A stretch of 64,000 bases of DNA, from NCBI GenBank assembly GCA_035534875.1, contig DATLRB010000013.1, positions 101,315 through 165,314 of the forward strand, written 5' to 3'. The stretch comes from Candidatus Saccharimonadales bacterium. GTDB taxonomy: Bacteria > Chloroflexota > Dormibacteria > Aeolococcales > Aeolococcaceae. Below the pieces are notes generated by a model. That model did not search any database. It saw nothing but the letters and a program-made list of their open reading frames with translations, and was not told the origin of the DNA. The position numbers and the translations under genes are program-made. Shown here piece by piece: positions 18,681-26,189 of the stretch; position 1 is the stretch's first letter; every line of letters starts with the position of its first letter.

Positions 18681-19610
18681 ATGGATAAGGGCGTCGCCCT
18701 CGGATTGGTGCTGCCCATGCACGAGCGGCCCGACGACGGCGGCAAACCGACGTGGACGGACATCAGCACGTGGGCTCGTCGTGGCGAGGAACTGGGCGCC
18801 GACACGGTGTGGTTGGCGGACGAGATTCTCTGGCGCGTTGACGAGTGGCCCGGTCCCCGAGGCTGGTGGGATTGCCTCACCATGACCGGAGCGGTTGCGG
18901 CGAGCACGTCGAAGGTCGGCGTCGGGACGTGGGTGATGTCGGCGCTTCAGCACAAGCCGGGGATGATCGTCAGGGCTGCTGAGGCGCTCGACGAGATATC
19001 GGACGGACGCTTCGTGCTGGGGCTCGGTGCCGGCCACGGCGGTGGCGCCGAGTCCTTCGGATATCCGGCCGACAGGCCGGTAACGCGCTACCTCGAGGCG
19101 CTGGACATCATCGTGCCGTTACTGCGCGGTGCGCCGGGCGCGACGTTCGACGGCCAATTTCATCATGTCAAGAACGCTGACGTGCGTCCGCGTGGACCTC
19201 GAACGGGGCGCATCCCTCTGATGATGGGCGGGCATTCGACACGCACGATGACGGCGGCCGCGAAGCACGCCGACATCTGGAGTGCATACGCAACATCGAG
19301 CAGCTTGCCTGAAGCCTTTGCGACGATGACAGGCGAGCTGGATCGGATCTGCGAGAGCATCGGCCGCGACCCGACGACCATCGGTCGGTCAGTCGGCGCG
19401 TTCGTCGAGCCGGGGGACGCGAAGTCGACCGAGGCGACAGGGTTCGGTATTGCGATATCGGGCTCGATCGATCAGATCACCGAAACGATCGCCCGCTTCT
19501 CAGCAGTGGGTGTCACGCGCGTGGAGGTGATGCCCTGGCCGCCCTCGATCGACACGGTCGAGCAGCTGGAACCGGTGTTCGCCGCCTTGTCTCGCGGCCA
19601 CCCTGTTTGA
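18681..19610 (+). CDS. LLM-class (luciferase-like) flavin/F420-dependent oxidoreductase
   Basis: Luciferase-like TIM-barrel pattern (ELGADTVWLADE, VGVGTWVMS, RFVLGLGAGH). ATG 18681 is preceded by AAGGA. Confidence 0.85.
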   Translation: MDKGVALGLVLPMHERPDDGGKPTWTDISTWARRGEELGADTVWLADEILWRVDEWPGPRGWWDCLTMTGAVAASTSKVGVGTWVMSALQHKPGMIVRAAEALDEISDGRFVLGLGAGHGGGAESFGYPADRPVTRYLEALDIIVPLLRGAPGATFDGQFHHVKNADVRPRGPRTGRIPLMMGGHSTRTMTAAAKHADIWSAYATSSSLPEAFATMTGELDRICESIGRDPTTIGRSVGAFVEPGDAKSTEATGFGIAISGSIDQITETIARFSAVGVTRVEVMPWPPSIDTVEQLEPVFAALSRGHPV

Positions 19611-19741
19611 ACTGACGTCGAGCGTCGCTAGTCCAGGACCACGTCGTTGCCCTCGTCGGCCAACGCTCGAAGGGTGCGGTCGGGTCGATCACGGCGGCGA
19701 GAGAATGGTGATGCTCCCCGACTTGGCGGGTGGCGCTTTGG

Positions 19742-20149
19742 TCAGGGCGAGGGGCACGGGCCAGGAAAGCTCAATGAGCCACCGGCGTTCCTCATGAAGG
19801 CGCCCGCGTTGCCGGAGGCATCAGTCTCGACAACGACTTCCTGACCCGGTGACCCATGAGCGCCCGCGAGTTGGTCCAGGACGATCTTGCCATCGGGCTT
19901 GACGGCAACCACAACCCGCCACGGGAGCCGGGGCGCGCCGCGTGATCCGTCTCGGAACTCCACCCCATTCCCGCACGTGATCGTGCGCTTTGGGCCACCG
20001 ACCCACGGCGTCACGACAACTGCACCGGCCGAGTAGTTGTTCACGTCAAGGACCCATGTCCCATCGCGTGTGGGCGTCGCAAACGCGCTGCTGCATGCCA
20101 CCCCGGTCAGGCCGGTCAGGAACAGCGCCGCGGCACGCGTCCACTTCAT
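19742..20149 (-). CDS. Hypothetical lipoprotein
   Basis: Signal peptide with lipobox: MKWTRAAALFLTGLTGVAC. High GC3 in this frame. No recognisable domain. Confidence 0.7.
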   Translation of the reverse strand: MKWTRAAALFLTGLTGVACSSAFATPTRDGTWVLDVNNYSAGAVVVTPWVGGPKRTITCGNGVEFRDGSRGAPRLPWRVVVAVKPDGKIVLDQLAGAHGSPGQEVVVETDASGNAGAFMRNAGGSLSFPGPCPSP

Positions 20150-20425
20150 GTGGGGATCTTCGCCCCGTCATTCTGGGAACGGGATGACGTCGGGGTCGCA
20201 GTCGGCAAGCCCGGCCCATCGGCTGGCGCGACCCGCTGCCCGACGTGTCGGCGAGGGCCTGACGAACACCTGTACGACACCGGGATCGCAAGTCCTCGCC
20301 GTCGATCTCCCGCCGAGATGGAAGCTCGTCTGCGAGTTTCGAACGACCACCTGCCTCGATCGTGAGCGGGCTGAGAACGATGCCCCCGTTTCGGAGCTGG
20401 ACGATACGGCGTCCTCGCGCCCGTT

Positions 20426-20758
20426 GTGCGCGCCATGCGACTAGCATCTGAGGTCGTGAGCATCGGTAGCTGGTTCGAGGATCGCGTGAATCAGGTCGAC
20501 GCGCGTCGTATGCATCGCCGCAAGCATCTCCCGGATTCAATCGAGAAACCGTACTGGCACAACGACGCGTTCGCCAAGGACTCAGCCCGTCTCGAAGCCT
20601 TGGGCTACGCGGTCGAATCCGAGGTCGACAACGATGCGTATGTCAATTCGACGTACCCGGCGAACACCGGCGGAGGCTTTGGTCAGTTGAGCCGGACCGT
20701 CACTCGGCGAGTGCCGTCCATACACGTGAAGTACCGGCGGGAGCCACCGACGCGCTGA
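20426..20758 (+). CDS. Small hypothetical protein, paralog of 51756..52106
   Basis: Shares SI..WF, RRM, LEALGY/LQAIGY and RRVPSIHVKYRREP/RRVASIHVLYRRRP with the ORF at 51756..52106. Start uncertain (GTG 20426 or ATG 20435). Confidence 0.55.
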   Translation: MRAMRLASEVVSIGSWFEDRVNQVDARRMHRRKHLPDSIEKPYWHNDAFAKDSARLEALGYAVESEVDNDAYVNSTYPANTGGGFGQLSRTVTRRVPSIHVKYRREPPTR

Positions 20759-20845
20759 GTGACGTCACCGTTGCTCCGGGCGGCGATGACAGCGTGGCCA
20801 CAGATGGCCGCGGCGTCTGGAGGATCCGCCTTCTTGGGAGTCGCT

Positions 20846-22204
20846 TCAGACGTCGGCCCTGCGCAGCGTGTGGGGCCCGTATCGCAGTGCGGTGGAACGC
20901 CCCGCGGCACCCACCGCAAAACTCACCTCTTCTCCGAAGTGGCCGTAGTCGTCACCCTCGACGATGGTGAATCGCCGGGCACCATCCGGCCGCAATCGTG
21001 CGGCGGACGCAAGCGGCATCGTCATCTCGGGATCGATGATGTATAGCGACCGGTTGATGCGCGCGATGGTGATCTCGCCGATGTCGCCGCGGAAGTGGCC
21101 GGCGAGGCGGCCCAGGCTCACCCGCGAATGTCCGTGCGCGGTCTCGGCAGCGTCCCCCCAGCGACGCAGCACCGAGGCCACGCTGTGAAAGATCATGTCG
21201 ACGCCGAGGCTCGGCACCGGAGTGTTGGTGTTGCTCAGCACGGCCGCGCACAGGCCCCATTCCGGCGAGAACCCGATCTTGGTCGTGAAACCGGGGAACC
21301 CACCACTGTGCCCGCGGATGCCGACCCCGTCGACCTGCCAGATCATCCAACCGAGCCCGTGACTCGGTTGCTCGGGCCGCTGCCATTGCGTGCGCTGCAT
21401 CTCGCGCCGTGACAGGTCGGAGATGAGGTTTCCGACGCCCGGGAAATGAGCGTGCTGATAAGTGAGCAGATCCGGCACTGTCGAGACGAGCCCACCCGCG
21501 GGGGCAAAGGCGCGCGCCTCGGCGTGACGCGTCGGGCGTCGCGGCTCTCCGGGGCGTCGACGGTAGTACCCGGTCGCGAGCGTCCGACGCACGCGCGGCG
21601 CCAGCGACGGGGCGCTCCCGTGCATACGGAGCGGCCCCAGGAGATTCCGTTGCAGCAGCGACTCGAACGATCTGCCGGTGACGGATTCGAGTGCCTCACC
21701 GAGCAGCACGTACGCGATGTTGGAGTATCGAAAGGTTGTTGACGGCTCGGCGAAGGTGAGTCGCTGGCGGACGTCGGCTCGCACCGTGTCGGTGTCTGGA
21801 AAGTCATCGTCTCCCCAGATGTTCGATCCGTCGCGGATCACACCGCCGCCATGAATGAGCAGGTGGCGAATGCTGATGTCCCTCGCGTGCGCCAGGCGCC
21901 GCGTCCAGCTCAGATATTTCGTGATGGGATCATCAAGTCGCATCCTTCCGGCCTCAACCTGTTGCATGACGAGCGTCGCCGTCATCGTCTTGGTGATCGA
22001 GGCGCAGCGGTACGCTGTCGCATCGGCGGTTGCGGCGCGCTCTGACGCGAGGTCAGCGCTGACGATGGCATCGAGCATCACCGGGCGTCCACCGTGGCTG
22101 ATCCCGAACGAGATTCCAGGAACATCCCACAGCATCGCCTGATACCGGATCCAACGGCGGGCGATCTCCGCCGCATCAGCGAGCTGGCGCGGTGCGACCT
22201 TCAC
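20846..22204 (-). CDS. Serine hydrolase, class C beta-lactamase/PBP-like family
   Basis: S-x-x-K active-site motif SITKTMTA, YSN motif (FRYSNIAY), HSGG region, plus a C-terminal extra domain. Confidence 0.9.
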   Translation of the reverse strand: MKVAPRQLADAAEIARRWIRYQAMLWDVPGISFGISHGGRPVMLDAIVSADLASERAATADATAYRCASITKTMTATLVMQQVEAGRMRLDDPITKYLSWTRRLAHARDISIRHLLIHGGGVIRDGSNIWGDDDFPDTDTVRADVRQRLTFAEPSTTFRYSNIAYVLLGEALESVTGRSFESLLQRNLLGPLRMHGSAPSLAPRVRRTLATGYYRRRPGEPRRPTRHAEARAFAPAGGLVSTVPDLLTYQHAHFPGVGNLISDLSRREMQRTQWQRPEQPSHGLGWMIWQVDGVGIRGHSGGFPGFTTKIGFSPEWGLCAAVLSNTNTPVPSLGVDMIFHSVASVLRRWGDAAETAHGHSRVSLGRLAGHFRGDIGEITIARINRSLYIIDPEMTMPLASAARLRPDGARRFTIVEGDDYGHFGEEVSFAVGAAGRSTALRYGPHTLRRADV

Positions 22205-22262
22205 CGCGGGAAGCCTAGCGCGTCATCGCGGATCCTGTGGTCACCGCACGCCGGGCACCGCC

Positions 22263-22660
22263 TCAGCGGCGCTCCATGCCTCCCGAGACGCGCACGATCG
22301 CGCCCGTCACATGGGCTGCCTCGGGGCCGAGCAGCCATGCGATGGCGTTCGCGATCTCGAACGGTTCCGCAGGGCGCCCGAGAGGAATTCGCGTGGCAGA
22401 CCGTCGGCGCGATCCGGCGCGCCCGCCGCCGAGTGGGTGTCGGTTCGGACGACCCCGGAAGCCACGGCGTTGACCCGGATGCCCTCGCCGGCCAGCTCCT
22501 TCGCGAGCCCCACCGTCAGAGCGTCGACGCCGGCCTTCGCTGCCGCGTGGTGGAAGTACTCGTGCGCGCTGCCGAGAGTTGCTGCCCGGCTGAAACGCCA
22601 CCGAGTACGCCGATCGGAGGCCGGAGCGACGTGCCCGGTCCGGGGGGTGCGAAGATGACG
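22263..22660 (-). pseudogene. Short-chain dehydrogenase/reductase remnant (5'-truncated, at least two frameshifts)
   Basis: SDR C-terminal half is split over three frames: ...RAATLGSAHEYFHHAAAKAGVDALTVGLAKELAGEGIRVNAVASGVVRTDTH, then IPLGRPAEPFEIANAIAWLLGPEAAHVTGAIVRVSGG. The Rossmann N-terminus is missing and its position is occupied by the S9 peptidase gene on the other strand. Confidence 0.6.
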
Positions 22661-22662
22661 AC

Positions 22663-24462
22663 GTGGTCGACGAACTCCTCACGCGCCTGCTGGGAGCGCG
22701 AAGCTCGGTCATCGCCGACGTCGCACCGGATGGTGCCGAGCTCCTCGTGCGCTGCGACGACACGGGCAGCATGCAGGTGTACCGGCTCCCCGCCATGGGC
22801 GGCGACCTGGTCCAGTTGACGTTTCTCGATGAGCCCGTCTCGGCCGCTCGCTACATTCCGGGGACCGGCGATATCGTGGTTGCTGTCGATCGTGGCGGTA
22901 ACGAGAGCTATCAGCTGTGGCTGGTGAGCCTGCAGGGTGACGAACCACGACCGCTTGTCGTCGAGGAGCATGTCAAGCACGACCTCGGCGACGTCAGCCG
23001 AGACGGACGCCTCATCGCGTTCTCCTCGACCAAGCGGAATGGCGTTGATATCGACGTGCACGTGCTGGATCGTGCCGACGGGTCGATCCGCACGGTCTTC
23101 GAAGGAGGTTGGAACCGGGTCGAGTGCTTCTCCCCTGACGGCCACTGGCTGACCGTCGTCCGCCTCGACGGATCATTCGCGATCAGCGACGACCTGTTGC
23201 TCGTCGACCTCGAGACCGGCGAGGTGCGCATCGTGGTGGAACGCACCGGCGCCGGGACGGCGGTGGCTCCCACGTGGTATCCGGACTCGTCGGCTTTTCT
23301 CTTCAGCACCGACGCGGGTCGTGACGTCGCGTCCATCGCTCGGTACGACGTCGGGACATCGTCCTGGCACTACGTTCTCGACACCGCTTGGGACAGCGAG
23401 GCGAGCCTCAGCACGGACGGGCGCAGGGCCCTGGTCTTCCATGCGGAGAACGCCATCACCCGCCTCCAATTGCACGATGGCGAGACGCTCGCCCATATCC
23501 GGAATCTCCGGCTGCCAGAGGCCGGCACCGGGTTCGGCCTGCCGCTCATGCCTCGGCCGTTGCTCTCCTCGAACGGGACCACCGCGCTCCTGACCTACAC
23601 GACGACGGCGACCCCATTGACCCCACTGCGCGTCGACACCAATGACTCAGAGCCCCCTGTCCAGCTGCTCCCCATCGATCAGGTGGTCTCGCCAGCCCTG
23701 GTCACGCCCGAACTGCAGAAGATCGAGTCGTTTGACGGCGAGCAGATCACGTATTTCCTGTACAAACCCGAGGTCGACAACCCCCCGGTGGTCGTGGTGG
23801 TGCATGGAGGGCCAGAGGCACGATTTGCGCCTCGATACGACCCGTTCATCATTCGACTGGTCGCCCAGGGCATCGCCGTGGTGGCACCGAACGTTCGTGG
23901 TTCGGCAGGCTGGGGACGCCGGTTCGTCTCCCTCGACGATCGCCGCCTGCGGCTCGACTCGGTGCGCGATCTCACAGCGGTGCATGCGTCCCTGGCGGAG
24001 CGCGGAGTCGATGCGACGAGGGTGGCGGTGATCGGGGGATCGTACGGCGGCTACATGACGCTGGCCGCGCTGGCCTTCCATCCAGACCTCTGGGCGGCCG
24101 GTATCGCGACGGTGGGTATCAGCAGCCTGGTCACCTTCCTCGAGAACACCTCCCCATACCGGCGCCGGGTCCGCGAGGTTGAGTACGGCTTCCTCGACAC
24201 CGACCGCGACTTCCTCATCGAGGCGTCGCCGATGACGCACGTTGACCGGATTCGTGCGCCGCTGATGCTCATTCACGGCGCCAACGACCCTCGCGTTCCC
24301 GTTGGCGAGGCGCGGCAGCTGCACGCTTCGCTCCGCGCTCGGGGAGTCGCCAGCGAACTCCTCATCTACGAGGACGAGGGACACGGACTCGCGAAGCGTG
24401 CCAACCGGTTGGACGCCGCCCCCCGAATGCTCGCGTTTCTGCGCAAGAACCTCGATGCGTAG
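22663..24462 (+). CDS. S9 family serine peptidase (prolyl oligopeptidase/acylaminoacyl-peptidase type) with N-terminal beta-propeller
   Basis: Catalytic triad context GGSYGGYM (Ser), HGANDPRVP (Asp), EDEGHGL (His). The N-terminal half is a TolB-like propeller with repeated SxDG motifs. Confidence 0.9.
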   Translation: MVDELLTRLLGARSSVIADVAPDGAELLVRCDDTGSMQVYRLPAMGGDLVQLTFLDEPVSAARYIPGTGDIVVAVDRGGNESYQLWLVSLQGDEPRPLVVEEHVKHDLGDVSRDGRLIAFSSTKRNGVDIDVHVLDRADGSIRTVFEGGWNRVECFSPDGHWLTVVRLDGSFAISDDLLLVDLETGEVRIVVERTGAGTAVAPTWYPDSSAFLFSTDAGRDVASIARYDVGTSSWHYVLDTAWDSEASLSTDGRRALVFHAENAITRLQLHDGETLAHIRNLRLPEAGTGFGLPLMPRPLLSSNGTTALLTYTTTATPLTPLRVDTNDSEPPVQLLPIDQVVSPALVTPELQKIESFDGEQITYFLYKPEVDNPPVVVVVHGGPEARFAPRYDPFIIRLVAQGIAVVAPNVRGSAGWGRRFVSLDDRRLRLDSVRDLTAVHASLAERGVDATRVAVIGGSYGGYMTLAALAFHPDLWAAGIATVGISSLVTFLENTSPYRRRVREVEYGFLDTDRDFLIEASPMTHVDRIRAPLMLIHGANDPRVPVGEARQLHASLRARGVASELLIYEDEGHGLAKRANRLDAAPRMLAFLRKNLDA

Positions 24463-24561
24463 GCGACGATCGGGCGCGCTGCGGGGACGCCGCGATGCGC
24501 CGATGGTATGGTCCGCCGGGCGTACCCATGGGTGCGAGACCGATACCCGGAGCGACGAACG

Positions 24562-24783
24562 ATGGTGAGCGTGGTGGATCCGGGCGGCGACAAGCATGCG
24601 TATCAGACAGGGCGGTACATCGAAGTCGTCGACGGTCATCTGATCATCAGAGACGGCGCAGGCGGCACTGCAATCGGCATCTTCGCGCCCGGGAAATGGC
24701 AATCCGCGCACATCGACGCGGTACCGGCACGCAGCGCCGGAACGGTCTCCGGCATCAGGCCTCGATTGGGGCAGTCCCCGTAG
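24562..24783 (+). CDS. Small hypothetical protein (73 aa)
   Basis: ATG 24562 preceded by GGAGCG. GC3-rich frame. MVSVVDPGGDKHAYQTGRYIEVVDGHLIIRDGAGGTAIGIFAPGKWQSAHIDAV. No recognised family. Confidence 0.45.
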   Translation: MVSVVDPGGDKHAYQTGRYIEVVDGHLIIRDGAGGTAIGIFAPGKWQSAHIDAVPARSAGTVSGIRPRLGQSP

Positions 24784-24836
24784 TCACAGCGGCGACGTGA
24801 GCGTGGACGTGGGAGAGGAAATCGGCCATGCTCCCG

Positions 24837-24875
24837 TGATAGCAATAGCAGCGCTATCATGTTTTGTGATAGGAT
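24837..24875. promoter_or_regulatory. Palindrome TGATAGC-N9-GCTATCA plus a third TGATAG half-site upstream of the zinc-ribbon gene
   Basis: TGATAGC at 24837-24843 and GCTATCA at 24853-24859. A third TGATAG at 24867-24872 overlaps a TAGGAT -10-like hexamer (24870-24875). Lies about 50 nt upstream of ATG 24925. Confidence 0.4.
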
Positions 24876-24924
24876 GTTTCTGCAGGTGGGAGCGGAGACA
24901 AGCGACAACTGCTGGAGGTACCCG

Positions 24925-25128
24925 ATGGCTCGCAAGTACAAGCCGATACATCTCGATGTCAAGCCGGTGATCGGCCCGTATCTGGACGAAGCTGCAACGT
25001 GCCCGCAGTGCAGTTCGCGCATCACCGAGGTGCTCGGGCGTATGGGCCTCCGCCTCGTATTCCGCTGCGACCGCTGCCGCGTTCAGTTCTTCCGTCAGCG
25101 GACCGTGGCGAGCGCGAGCCTCGTCTGA
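24925..25128 (+). CDS. Small zinc-ribbon-like protein (67 aa)
   Basis: ATG 24925 preceded by GGAGG. CPQC...CDRC pair spaced by 21 aa. Lies downstream of an AT-richer palindromic region. Confidence 0.5.
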   Translation: MARKYKPIHLDVKPVIGPYLDEAATCPQCSSRITEVLGRMGLRLVFRCDRCRVQFFRQRTVASASLV

Positions 25129-25504
25129 GGGGCGCTCCGCGGCGACCCCGGCTTCGAGCGTCGCACAGACGCATCGGGGAGGTCGAGGTAGGCTCCGTGA
25201 CGGACTCCGAATAAACCGGGGGTGATCGTTGCGCCTGGTCACCGCGTGTAAACACTGCATCGCAAACCGTCGCATGCCGTCACGTGAGCGGTGCCGATAG
25301 CGTCTGATTGGTCCAGGGGCGCGAGCGAGGGTGGCCGCGTCGAAGAGTGGGGCTTGGAGGGCCGATGCCGTGCCGATTGCGGAGACTCCCCGGAAGGATG
25401 CGAGCGTGCTTCGTCGTCTCGGGGCACTGCCGGCGACAGCACTCTTCAGGCGTCGCGAGCACTCCTCGCCACCGGCTCGTGCCGCGTCAGGAATCGCCTG
25501 CACC

Positions 25505-26119
25505 ATGCGGGGTTGCAGCAATCACACCGCCGAACTCTGCGCCTACCGCGATCGCCGTGAACGCTCATGCGCCGCAATGATCTGTCCGGCACACCGCATC
25601 TCACTCGGCGGGGTCTCGTACTGCCGCCGGCACGCGGGCACGGTGCAGGCGATTGGTGAGCTGGCACGGGACCGGAGCGGGCATCCCGATGTCGACGATC
25701 GCGCGCCATCGCTCGTCGACTGGATCGGGCGCGACCTCGACAAGGACATCCGGCGGCTCCTCGCGCGGGCGGCACGCCCCGGCGAAAGTGTCATCGCGGA
25801 CGAGGTGACCCGACTCGCGCACGACTTTCACCGCAACGCGCGCTGGGAGCGCAGCTGGCGTCTCGTCGAACACACCGGGCCCATCCTCAACGTGACCCTG
25901 CACGTCGCCGAGGATGACGACTCACTTGTGCACGTTCGGGTCGGAACCGAGACGGTCGCCGACGGCGTGCCGCCCTGGATCGCGCGACGCCGGGAGGGTC
26001 AGGACGTCGAGGCGGCGATCGACATCTCCCAGCGCCGGCTCTTCTACCGCTACCTCGAGGCGACGATCTCCGAGGCGGTGGCCCGGTTCCGGGACCGCTC
26101 CGACCGCATCGACCGGTAG
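25505..26119 (+). CDS. Hypothetical protein with Cys/His-rich N-terminus
   Basis: Good GC3 periodicity. MRGCSNHTAELCAYRDRRERSCAAMICPAHRISLGGVSYCRRH followed by a ~150 aa soluble domain. Start uncertain (track ORF begins at 25331). Confidence 0.6.
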   Translation: MRGCSNHTAELCAYRDRRERSCAAMICPAHRISLGGVSYCRRHAGTVQAIGELARDRSGHPDVDDRAPSLVDWIGRDLDKDIRRLLARAARPGESVIADEVTRLAHDFHRNARWERSWRLVEHTGPILNVTLHVAEDDDSLVHVRVGTETVADGVPPWIARRREGQDVEAAIDISQRRLFYRYLEATISEAVARFRDRSDRIDR

Positions 26120-26189
26120 GGGCACACGCCTGCCCGAATCCCCCGGCGCCGGAGTCCGCCGGACGCCCAGACACTGATCCTGCGCGTCG

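Noticed and set aside
24837-24872. Half-sites CTATCA / TGATAG are the same hexamers as in the Tn10 tetO operator.
   Set aside because: The orientation and spacing (TGATAGC-N9-GCTATCA) differ from tetO (CTATCA-N1-TGATAG), and no tetR/tetA genes are present. I keep it as a generic operator candidate, not a tet element.
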